Shown here: in pieces, positions 15,856 to 24,298 of the stretch
Position numbering within the stretch: position 1 is the first letter of the stretch
Layout: the number at the start of each line of letters is the position of its first letter
Assembly (NCBI GenBank): GCA_048938295.1
Contig: JBHLMI010000003.1
Location: forward strand, 90,001-122,000
Direction of reading: 5' to 3'
Length of the DNA stretch: 32,000 bases
Source: Promethearchaeota archaeon
Lineage (GTDB): Archaea > Asgardarchaeota > Hermodarchaeia > Hermodarchaeales > Hermodarchaeaceae
The notes under the pieces: model-generated
Databases searched by the model: none
What the model saw: only the letters and a program-made list of their open reading frames with translations
What the model was told of the DNA's origin: nothing
Translations under genes and position numbers: made by a program

Positions 15856-16497
15856 ATGAGTTTCTTTGATGACAATGACGATTTTGATGAGCTCTTCAAG
15901 CGCCAAATGCAGGCTTTCCGCCGTATGTTCAATGACCTGCACAAATTCGAAAGTGCACCTTCCCCACGAGTCGAAGACCATGATGGGGCTCGAACTATGC
16001 AATTTGGACCCTTTGTCTATGGGCGAACCACTTACATGGGACCCGACGGGAAGATGCATACACAAGAATGGAGCAATCTTCCTCCCGAGGCACAGAAAGA
16101 ATTCGAAGAAAAGCTGCACACACGAGGCCTTCCCTTTCAATTTCCTCCACAACCTCAAGAACGGCGTCCCTCGCCGATTCCAGATCCCTTAACCCCGGAT
16201 CGCCCCTTTCCAATTCCACAAACTCAGGTTGAACTCAAGCCAGATGATTATCCCATCGATATTCTTGATACTGAAGATGGGTATACTATCATATTCGATA
16301 CTCCTGCCACGAGCGCCCACGATGTTAGGGTTGATGTGAATGGGCAGCACCTACAGTTGTGGGCTCGAGGCGATTTGTTCCGGGAATTAGAACTCCCTGT
16401 TCCAGTTCAGCTTATCTCGCTCCAATTCCGTAATGGAATCGTGGAAGTGCAGCTAAGATCCAAGCCAGAGGAAGAGCCCAAAGCCTCCGGGGAATAG
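15856..16497 (+). CDS. hsp20: Archaeal small heat-shock protein Hsp20 (alpha-crystallin domain), about 213 aa
   Basis: ATG 15856 follows RBS AGGAGA (the ORF track extends to 15826); FDELF...F..MF N-terminus, GPFVYG.....GPDGK archaeal Hsp20 motif, C-terminal alpha-crystallin-like IDILDT...F.RELELPVPV...FRNGIVEVQL. Confidence 0.85.
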   Translation: MSFFDDNDDFDELFKRQMQAFRRMFNDLHKFESAPSPRVEDHDGARTMQFGPFVYGRTTYMGPDGKMHTQEWSNLPPEAQKEFEEKLHTRGLPFQFPPQPQERRPSPIPDPLTPDRPFPIPQTQVELKPDDYPIDILDTEDGYTIIFDTPATSAHDVRVDVNGQHLQLWARGDLFRELELPVPVQLISLQFRNGIVEVQLRSKPEEEPKASGE

Positions 16498-16523
16498 ACC
16501 GAACAGACGGCGTGAGGTCGAAT

Positions 16524-16560
16524 GGACGGGTTGCCAGACCCGTCCTTCCCCACTATTTTT
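16524..16560 (+). terminator. GC-rich hairpin followed by a pyrimidine/T tract downstream of hsp20
   Basis: Perfect 8-bp stem GGACGGGT-TGCCAG-ACCCGTCC (16524-16545), then TTCCCCACTATTTTT. Confidence 0.5.
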
Positions 16561-16629
16561 CCATGCCAACGTATTGTCGGAATGATAGCCCTTCCATCAG
16601 TTTTTTAGGGTACACCTTCGCTGTGCCTT

Positions 16630-17235
16630 TTGAGGTTATTTGGCGTGGCTCATGAGGACTATGCCGAGGAATTAATGAGATTACGAGCCCGATATGGCAT
16701 ACCCCGAAGAGTTAATTTTGAGGTTGAGATGCTACCCGATGAATTTGCACTCGTTCAACGATCACAGAAGCGGGGGCGACAGCACGATGTCACTGTCTTT
16801 ATTCAGTATCAGGGCAAGTTTGTTGTAATCGAAAAACACGCGTATGCTAAGACCGGAATAGTTCGAGCCCCTTCTGGCGGTGCACGACCGTCAGAAAGCC
16901 TGATTTCTGCAGCCCAACGGGAGGCTAGCGAAGAAACTGGATTTGATATCGAAATTGATCGGTTTGTATTAGAAGCCCACGTGCTGCTAAAAAGCGGAAG
17001 CCACCCTGCGGTGCCTTGGGTCTCCTATGTATTCTTGGCTCATGTTGTAGGAGGACAACTCGGTGCAAAGGATTTGGAAGAGATTTCAGATGTCCAACTC
17101 CGTTCGCGAGAAGAATTACTCAAAGATGTGCGCCCTCTTATGCTCGCTTCTGGACTTGGTGGATTCGAGTATCGGGCAAAAATGACTGATGCCTTCTTCG
17201 AGGAACTGGATGCTCTGAATATTACGCTAAAATAA
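16630..17235 (+). CDS. Nudix hydrolase (201 aa; start uncertain)
   Basis: Canonical Nudix box G-GARPS-E-SLISAAQ-REASEETG. Confidence 0.9.
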   Translation: MRLFGVAHEDYAEELMRLRARYGIPRRVNFEVEMLPDEFALVQRSQKRGRQHDVTVFIQYQGKFVVIEKHAYAKTGIVRAPSGGARPSESLISAAQREASEETGFDIEIDRFVLEAHVLLKSGSHPAVPWVSYVFLAHVVGGQLGAKDLEEISDVQLRSREELLKDVRPLMLASGLGGFEYRAKMTDAFFEELDALNITLK

Positions 17236-17242
17236 ACCAGGA

Positions 17243-18553
17243 TTAAAGTGGAGCACCGCAGTGTACGCAAAATCGTGCATCTGAGGCTGTTACGCGTCCA
17301 CAGTTGGCACATATTTTTCCAGCTTCTGCATCCTGTTGTCTGGATTTTGGAGTCTCAGTCACAGATTCTGGCTCTTCAGGCGCCTCCGTTGACTCGATAA
17401 CTTCGACTTCCTCATCACTTATAGAAGGTGAAAGTTTGGAGTCAGCAACAGTCGTTTCTTTGACTTCGAACCGGGTAATTGGTCCATTCCGCATTGCTGA
17501 TTCTTTTTTCAGAATGTGCTCGCAAGCAAGAAGAGCATAATGGAGACGGTCAGCTTTTTCAGTAAGGGTAGTCTTCCTTTTCTCATTCACCTCGGCATCT
17601 TCGTCTCCAATGAGAAGTCGGGCGTTTAAGGTATCGAGTTCTTCTTTCACTTCAGCATGATCAAGTTGGACCTGGGCCTGATATCCTTGGAGTTGAAGAA
17701 CACCATTCTTGATCTGTTCATCCATACCTTCAAGTTTTTCTTCATACTCTTTGGTCAAACGGTCATAGACTCGTTCGCTGACTTCGGCTTTTTTATGGAG
17801 GTCTTCTAGTCGTTCTAACTCTCCACGTTCATTGATATAGCTGTCGATGAGTTCTTCTAATTCGAAATCGCTATCAGCAGCTGCTTGACTTAGTTCCTCA
17901 AGGAGTTTATCGGATACTGAACCATTGTTAGCATATTCTTCTTCCAACACTAGCTGACGGCCTCGTGCCATTAGACTTGCCAGCACTTTTGTGGGAACTG
18001 TGATTGGTTCAACCGTCGAAATCCTCGCCGTTGCAGTGGCAGGATAGGGTGTTTCATCCGCTACTTGTTCTGGAGTCTTTGCCGTTCCAGGGATATCGCT
18101 ACCACAATAGATACAGAACTTGGAACCAGGTCTTGAATTGCGTCCGCATGAAGGGCAGGTGACTACAGAAGTCGTTTTGACTGAAGCTGATTTCTGAGTT
18201 TCAAGTTCCTGTGTTTCTGGAGCTGGAGTTGATAGGACTTGCCCACAATTAATACAATAATTTGAAGATTCGGGATTATTGCTAAACCCACAAAGAGTAC
18301 AGACATTCGATGCTGAAGTCGAGGTTATTGGGGTAGCTGTTGGTTCAACTCGATTGCCACATTTGGTACAGAACTTCATACCTTTCTTGAGTGTCGTTCC
18401 GCAGTTGCTACACTTCAGCAGGTCTGGTTTCGCTTGAGGTGTAGGCACTGGAGGGGGTGCGGCTCTACCTCCCCTTGTGGGGGTGCCACAGATGGTGCAG
18501 AATTTAGCTGATTGTTTGAGGGTTGCTCCACAGTGGCTGCATTTCTGAGTCAT
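17243..18553 (-). CDS. Multi zinc-ribbon (double-zinc-ribbon-type) protein with central CdvA-like coiled coil (about 436 aa)
   Basis: Five CxxCG-x8/9-(F/Y)CxxCG units (four N-terminal, one C-terminal); central helical region LERLEDLHKKAEVSERVYDRLTKEYEEKL...LNARLLIGDED. ATG 18553 follows RBS GGTGAGG (the track uses GTG 18565). Zinc ribbons are certain; the CdvA-like call is less so. Confidence 0.8.
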   Translation of the reverse strand: MTQKCSHCGATLKQSAKFCTICGTPTRGGRAAPPPVPTPQAKPDLLKCSNCGTTLKKGMKFCTKCGNRVEPTATPITSTSASNVCTLCGFSNNPESSNYCINCGQVLSTPAPETQELETQKSASVKTTSVVTCPSCGRNSRPGSKFCIYCGSDIPGTAKTPEQVADETPYPATATARISTVEPITVPTKVLASLMARGRQLVLEEEYANNGSVSDKLLEELSQAAADSDFELEELIDSYINERGELERLEDLHKKAEVSERVYDRLTKEYEEKLEGMDEQIKNGVLQLQGYQAQVQLDHAEVKEELDTLNARLLIGDEDAEVNEKRKTTLTEKADRLHYALLACEHILKKESAMRNGPITRFEVKETTVADSKLSPSISDEEVEVIESTEAPEEPESVTETPKSRQQDAEAGKICANCGRVTASDARFCVHCGAPL

Positions 18554-18690
18554 TGTCATCCTCACCTAGATGTAATGTTGTTGAGAGCTAATGAATCCAC
18601 CCTTATTTTGTTTTGCACTGGTCTAGGAGAAAGGCGTGTATTGTTGTGTACAGTAGAAAAGGATGCCCAAAATCATGCTTTCGAGTGTAG

Positions 18691-19647
18691 CTATTTCTTT
18701 GCTTTACTCTTTACTTTTGATTTCTTCTTTTCAGGTGTGACATCAGCTGACTCCGTGGTGATTCGGAAAATGTCAATGAGTTCGCTGACATCAGCTTCTG
18801 CGATGGCATCTCGTAGACCATGGGAGTCCTCTTCGCTTTTCTTGAGAAACTCTGTGGCGAGGACTCGACCGTCTTCAACCAAAATGCGGGGTGTATAGTG
18901 GCCTCCGAAGAAAGGGCCATCAGGAAGGGTGCGGGTTCTTTCAAGTTGAGAAGTTGTCTCGGTTTTTCCTAGGAATGTAACGGTTCGATCAACACTAGTG
19001 AATACCTCTTGCCCAATGATTACCAACTCCCGGCAATAACCTGGGGGAGGTGAAGTATTGGAAACACGTCCCACAATATCATCTTTGGCAGGAACAGGAA
19101 TCATGCTTGAAATAACGGGACGTTGTGGCCATTGTTGCTCTGCGCCATTGTATTCGGTGCCTAATTGCGTCGATGCTACTGGTTCCGGTTTGGTTTCGGG
19201 AACTTTTACTGGTGTAGCTTCTACTGGTCGAGGTTTCGATGCAGTGGCAACCGGTTTGGGTGGAGGCGCATCTGGTTGAATTTCAATCGTTTTATCGGGA
19301 AAATCGACTTTGACTTCAACTTCTCTTTTGGGTGCAGGAGCCTTCGGTTTGATCCCGAGAAGGGAGAGAAAAGCATCGGGTTCTTCGCCCCCATCTATTG
19401 ATAGGACTTTATATACTAATCCGCATTGGCTGCGAACAGCTTGGCCTTGCCGGGCCGCAATGAATTTCTTGCGAACACCAGCTTCAGCGCCTTTCCAGAG
19501 CCAGATTTTGCGGTCATCGTTGTCAACTATGATCAATACTCGGTCAGCGTTTAATTCTGATTGAAGCTTGTCTGGAACAGATAGCTCCATGAGTTCCCCG
19601 GTTTCAACGACATCGTATACTTGTAGGTGGGCGGACAGTACCCTCAC
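18691..19647 (-). CDS. Asgard gelsolin-domain protein: one gelsolin-like domain + Pro-rich linker + C-terminal domain X (1DGelX-like), 318 aa
   Basis: RVLIIVDNDDRKIWLWKGAEAGVRKKFIAAR...IDGGEEPDAFLSLL is a gelsolin-fold signature (IWLWxG, GxEP..F); Pro/Ala/Lys linker; C-terminal beta domain PPPGYCRELVIIG...LPDGPFF...YTPRILVEDGRVLATEFLK; Lys-rich tail. Start codon uncertain. Confidence 0.78.
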   Translation of the reverse strand: MRVLSAHLQVYDVVETGELMELSVPDKLQSELNADRVLIIVDNDDRKIWLWKGAEAGVRKKFIAARQGQAVRSQCGLVYKVLSIDGGEEPDAFLSLLGIKPKAPAPKREVEVKVDFPDKTIEIQPDAPPPKPVATASKPRPVEATPVKVPETKPEPVASTQLGTEYNGAEQQWPQRPVISSMIPVPAKDDIVGRVSNTSPPPGYCRELVIIGQEVFTSVDRTVTFLGKTETTSQLERTRTLPDGPFFGGHYTPRILVEDGRVLATEFLKKSEEDSHGLRDAIAEADVSELIDIFRITTESADVTPEKKKSKVKSKAKK

Positions 19648-19853
19648 CTTCTAACCCTCATCATTGCCTCAATAACTTTTAAAGATGGTGTCCCTTCAAA
19701 ATGAGCTAAAATCACATTTGCGGATAATTTAGGTTGCTAATTTCGTAGGGGCACCAATTCCTTCCTATTTTGGATGGTTGTAGCGTTAGATCGCTCAAAG
19801 GCTAGGTTTTTGTATGGTTAGATAGCACACCGTCCATAGGAGGACCCTGAGCA

Positions 19854-21884
19854 GTGTTTCACACCAAATTTCGCGATGTTATTCTTGAAGAGCTCTCAGG
19901 AACCATCGCCAAGGATTATGTCTCGGAGATTATTCGATTTCATCGTATCCAAGCATCACCTGGTTTTCACGATGCTATCTATTATGTGAAGAGCATTATT
20001 GACCAATTCCCTGGAATCCGCAGCGATGTTGAAGTATACCCAGCAGATGGAAAAACAAAAAGCTGGCAATTCGTCGCACCCCTGGGATGGCGTGTAGCAG
20101 ATGGTGAACTCCATCTGGTGAGCCCAAAGCAAGAACTCCTCGCTCGTTTTTCTGAAACCCCAGTCAGTGTTATTGCCCACAGTCAGCCAGTCGACATCGT
20201 TGCCCCTCTCATCTACCTTGAAGAAGGCACTGCAGAGCAACACTATCGACGCATTGATGTCAAAGGCAAAATCGTCCTGACATCAGGCAAGGCGCAGCAA
20301 GTCCAACAAGAAGCGGTGATGAAACGAGGAGCGATAGGGTCAATCCATTTTCCTCCCTTAGAAACACGGACTAAACAACCGAACCTTATCATGTATCAAG
20401 GAATATGGCCCAATGCTGCAGAAAAAGACAAGATCGGATTTGCCTTCTCAGTCTCAGGACAAACAGGTTCCAGACTTCGACGATTGATTCAAACAGAGCC
20501 TGAAGTACTCGTTCATGCCAAAGTAGATGCTGAACTCTTTGAAGGTGAACAGCGTGTTCTCACAGCCGTCATCGAAGGGACAGAATTCCTCCGAGAAGAA
20601 ATCGCCCTCATTGCTCATCTTTGTCATCCTCGACCTGGAGCAAATGACAATGCCAGTGGCAGCGCCCTCCTGATAGAGCTTGCCCGTGTTATCAGCACCC
20701 TCATCAAGGAAGGAAAGCTTCCGGCACCACTGCGCACCATTCGATTCATTTGGGTACCCGAATTTTATGGTACTGCCGCTTACCTAAATGCACACCCAGA
20801 ATTTGGTCCACGAACAATAAGCGCTATCAACTGTGATATGGTGGGTGCCGACCCCTCACTTGTTGGCGGCTCATTAAATTTACACCGAACGCCAGATTCC
20901 CTTCCAAGTTTTGTAAATGACCTCCTCGAATATCATCTATCAGCTGCAGCTAAAGAACCACGACTGATAGCTCCTAATGGTCAGAATCGACCGTTCCATT
21001 ATGAAATTAGGAAGTTTGACTGGCGTAGCGACCACTTCATTTTCGTGGATCCAACTTTCAGTGTTCCTTGCCCTATGCTAAACCATTGGCCTGACGCCTT
21101 CTATCATAGTAACCTGGATACGCTGGATAAGATTGACACGACCCAGTTGCAACGAGTAGGTTTTGCAGTGATCATGACCATCCTAACCCAAGCCTATGCT
21201 GAAGCTGATGATGCCATGTTCTTAGCAACACAAGTCCATGCCAATGCGCACACACGAATCACGCAGACAACCCAACGATACGTGCATGAAGCAATCGACG
21301 CTATCGCGAAAACCGAACGGGGCGCTCTCCTTACCCGTATTCTACGGAAAGCCATGGAAAGCATTCGGCATATCACTCGAAGAGAAAGCGTCGCCTTGCA
21401 AAGTGTCAAAGTCCTCAGCCCCCATGATTCCGAATTGCACAACTTCATTGATTTGATGTTGGAAGATTTAGTTCAAGAACGCCAAGAAGAGGTGCGCAAG
21501 CTGCGTCAAGTTGAAGACCTACTGTCCCGTTCAATTGGCTATAGCCCTCTTAAGCGATTGGTGATTCGGAAAAAGGAAAGCAAGGCCAAGACCCTTGTAC
21601 CTCGTCGCAAGTTCCAGGGACCCCTCTATTTTAGAGAGCTCTTGCGATATACGAAGACCGAGGACACAATGTGGCTTCGGCACCAGCAGGAAGACCACCC
21701 TTTCTTTGTGGAAGTCCTGTTGGAACTCACCAACTTCATGGATGGCCATCGAAACCTCTATGAAATTTTGACCGCCCTTGAAGCAGAGTTTGGTGAAAGG
21801 GCAAATATTGACATCCTTGATCGGCTCATCACCATCCTTCAAGATCTAGATCTGGTCGAGATAGAGAAGGTTAAGTCCATGTAA
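19854..21884 (+). CDS. M28-family metallopeptidase with PA domain (DUF4910-like), 676 aa
   Basis: IAHLCHPRPGANDNASGS, RTIRFIWVPEFYGT, INCDMVG, SDH, YHSNLDT motifs; PA-type insert (DVKGKIVL); no signal peptide. Confidence 0.88.
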   Translation: MFHTKFRDVILEELSGTIAKDYVSEIIRFHRIQASPGFHDAIYYVKSIIDQFPGIRSDVEVYPADGKTKSWQFVAPLGWRVADGELHLVSPKQELLARFSETPVSVIAHSQPVDIVAPLIYLEEGTAEQHYRRIDVKGKIVLTSGKAQQVQQEAVMKRGAIGSIHFPPLETRTKQPNLIMYQGIWPNAAEKDKIGFAFSVSGQTGSRLRRLIQTEPEVLVHAKVDAELFEGEQRVLTAVIEGTEFLREEIALIAHLCHPRPGANDNASGSALLIELARVISTLIKEGKLPAPLRTIRFIWVPEFYGTAAYLNAHPEFGPRTISAINCDMVGADPSLVGGSLNLHRTPDSLPSFVNDLLEYHLSAAAKEPRLIAPNGQNRPFHYEIRKFDWRSDHFIFVDPTFSVPCPMLNHWPDAFYHSNLDTLDKIDTTQLQRVGFAVIMTILTQAYAEADDAMFLATQVHANAHTRITQTTQRYVHEAIDAIAKTERGALLTRILRKAMESIRHITRRESVALQSVKVLSPHDSELHNFIDLMLEDLVQERQEEVRKLRQVEDLLSRSIGYSPLKRLVIRKKESKAKTLVPRRKFQGPLYFRELLRYTKTEDTMWLRHQQEDHPFFVEVLLELTNFMDGHRNLYEILTALEAEFGERANIDILDRLITILQDLDLVEIEKVKSM

Positions 21885-21890
21885 CGAGTA

Positions 21891-22352
21891 GTGTCTACCA
21901 TGAGCCAGGACCAAGCCTTGAATTTGCAGAACCGCCTTGAAATCGTTGTAGACCAGTTTGCAATGGAAGTGGCAAACATAGAGAAGATTCGAGCTCGAGA
22001 AGAATTGATAGCTGTTTTAAATGCCGCAGAACAGCTCCGGGTCGCCCTTACCCAAGTCAAGGCCTACTTCGTGGAAGTTCGAAACCAACTATCAACTGTC
22101 TCCGGAATACCTCCAGCAAAAGAACTCGCACAACTCGTCATCGGTGCGTCCACAGAGGCCCTCAGCGCAATTCGTGAAACCCTTCACTACCTCGAAGATA
22201 TCAGAGATAAAATGAAAAGCCCAAGAAAAACTCCTCTTACCCTGGAAGAAACCAATTACGCCAATTTTGGCGCAACCGTCGCTATTCGTAAATCCCGTTA
22301 CATCATCAATCGTATCTCGGAGCAGGTCGAGAAGTTACCTGAACAAATATAA
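21891..22352 (+). CDS. Hypothetical all-alpha protein (about 150 aa)
   Basis: Starts 6 nt after the peptidase stop (GTG 21891 or ATG 21900); amphipathic helices throughout. Confidence 0.75.
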   Translation: MSTMSQDQALNLQNRLEIVVDQFAMEVANIEKIRAREELIAVLNAAEQLRVALTQVKAYFVEVRNQLSTVSGIPPAKELAQLVIGASTEALSAIRETLHYLEDIRDKMKSPRKTPLTLEETNYANFGATVAIRKSRYIINRISEQVEKLPEQI

Positions 22353-22368
22353 CAGGAACAGAGTGCTA

Positions 22369-22653
22369 ATGAAGCTAAACCGACTAGTAATAGTTAGCCT
22401 CATCAGTATTGTCCTTACAGCATTCATGATTCTTCTCTTTTTCATCATCCCAGGATTTCCATTACTTATTTTCCTCTTTTTTCCCCCTCTGTTCTGTTGG
22501 GGACTGCAAGGCCAAGAGACAGAATCACCTCCCTCAACCTACCCAGTACAACAAGTTCCCCGATATTGTCCGCAATGTGGAAAACAGCTGCTAGAACCTT
22601 TCGAAACCTATTGTCCCAGATGTGGAGCCCAGCTACCCCACAATGACGAGTAG
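22369..22653 (+). CDS. Small membrane-anchored zinc-ribbon protein (94 aa)
   Basis: ATG 22369 is likelier than the 22267 start, which overlaps the previous gene; hydrophobic N-terminal hairpin, then CPQCG...YCPRCG. Confidence 0.8.
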   Translation: MKLNRLVIVSLISIVLTAFMILLFFIIPGFPLLIFLFFPPLFCWGLQGQETESPPSTYPVQQVPRYCPQCGKQLLEPFETYCPRCGAQLPHNDE

Positions 22654-22654
22654 C

Positions 22655-24163
22655 CTAACCAGCTTTTATCTTGGACTCCCTATCGTGCTTTTTGCGTTTC
22701 CTTTGTTTCAGCCATTTCCATCCATATTTGGAAACACCATAGACTAAGAGGAGTAAAAACAGAGCCAGCAGAATGACATGAGTGAAGTATCGGTGGATGG
22801 CAAAAATGCTAACACTCGCTAGTCCAACTAGAACGAACCACCAAGTAGTAACGTTATTGACATTGCCCAGGCTCAAGTTCTGGAACCGATGAATGATATC
22901 CAGCAGCCAAGGAGGGAGAGATGCCATGTATTTCGCAGCCCGGGATTGCACGGGACAATGTAACTCCTGTACAGGAATTAGTGGGCCTTTGAGAATTGCC
23001 CCAAAGAGGATAAGAAAAGGAAGCAAGGCTATGAGATAGAATTTGAAGATGCCACGGGCCAAGAAAATGTGTGCACTCAATGAGAGGAGGAGCGCAACCA
23101 GGAGAAGCTGCTCACGGTAGGTTGAAAGAGGTTGTTCAGAAATCATATATGAAATGATCCAGAGAGACATCAATGCAATGATAAAGGGAATCTCGTAGTA
23201 AACCAAGTTAAAGATAACGGCTTTGAAAGGTTCCGGCCAGAAGAAGGCTAACGTTGAAACGGGAATTGGATGCGTCACTGCAGGCAACTCATCATAGAAC
23301 CAGTAGCCTCCTAACCCAGCCGTGAGTGCCTCAATGTATGTTGCAGGATAAAGCACAAGATACGGCAAGGAGAGCACGATTCCCACAGCGGCTGTGATCC
23401 CAATGGCTATGAGCAGCTGCTGTAACCCTCGTCGATACTCGAGGAACCAAATCACAGGAATCAGCAAACCAGCTGTCTGTTTGACCATGGTGGCCACAGT
23501 TACTATCACAAGCGCCCAGCGAAGATTTCCTCGGATCATAAAGTAAAAACCTAACACAAGAAAGAAGGTGTGAATTGGTGTGCTCAACCACAGATAATTC
23601 CCCCACCATAGGGAAACTGGGTTGAGCGCAAAAACCAGGAGGGCTACCAGGGGTATAACCCGATTCTCAGTTAGGCGTTTTGCAGTTGCATAAATCACGA
23701 CACAGGTCGCTAAATCAAAGATAATGAAAGCAAACGCAACGCGGAGAAAGTCAAGGTCACGGGCAAGTACAGCCGCAGTGAATTGAATATCGGGGAATAG
23801 TACTTCAGCTGGAAAGAAGTAGAAGGCACTAAGAATGTACACAAACAAAGGAGGATAGATGTAGACCTGAGTCCCTTCGACGGTATAAAGTGCCTCTGTA
23901 TAGGGGAGGTTCCCCTGGACGAAAGCCCGCACAAAGTTCATGTAATAGTAGGTAAAATCAGAATATGCTTCAACGACCTCAAAGTCCATGTTGAAATACG
24001 GATGGTAACCAGAAATGAGATATTGAGAGGCTGCGAAGTGGAAAATCCCAAGTTTGAGGACAACGATGGGTATGAAAAAAGCCAAGAACAACCAATCTGG
24101 ATGCCTCAACCAGTTAAGCAATTTTAGTAGTGGTTCCCATTGCAATTGCTGTTCAGGTGGCAT
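22655..24163 (-). CDS. Polytopic GT-C superfamily glycosyltransferase (GT87/DUF2029-like), 502 aa
   Basis: More than 10 TM segments; EAYSDFTYYY...GNLPY...YIYPPLF loop, F..FDL, LNP, A..VKQ motifs typical of GT87/PIG-M-like proteins; basic C-terminal tail. Confidence 0.75.
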   Translation of the reverse strand: MPPEQQLQWEPLLKLLNWLRHPDWLFLAFFIPIVVLKLGIFHFAASQYLISGYHPYFNMDFEVVEAYSDFTYYYMNFVRAFVQGNLPYTEALYTVEGTQVYIYPPLFVYILSAFYFFPAEVLFPDIQFTAAVLARDLDFLRVAFAFIIFDLATCVVIYATAKRLTENRVIPLVALLVFALNPVSLWWGNYLWLSTPIHTFFLVLGFYFMIRGNLRWALVIVTVATMVKQTAGLLIPVIWFLEYRRGLQQLLIAIGITAAVGIVLSLPYLVLYPATYIEALTAGLGGYWFYDELPAVTHPIPVSTLAFFWPEPFKAVIFNLVYYEIPFIIALMSLWIISYMISEQPLSTYREQLLLVALLLSLSAHIFLARGIFKFYLIALLPFLILFGAILKGPLIPVQELHCPVQSRAAKYMASLPPWLLDIIHRFQNLSLGNVNNVTTWWFVLVGLASVSIFAIHRYFTHVILLALFLLLLVYGVSKYGWKWLKQRKRKKHDRESKIKAG

Positions 24164-24298
24164 CCCAATTCATATACCCTGCTCCATTTCTGCTTTTTAG
24201 CGTTTCAGCCCCTAATTTGGGGGTAATAATGATTGTATCAGTCCTTCTACCATCCGTCAATCTTAATAAGCTTCATCACACAACACAAGGTCACATCA

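Noticed and set aside
19854-21884. M28 peptidase as a GPAA1-like subunit of a GPI-type transamidase
   Set aside because: GPAA1 is M28-like but membrane-bound and luminal; this protein has no signal peptide or TM helix and fits the soluble DUF4910 type.
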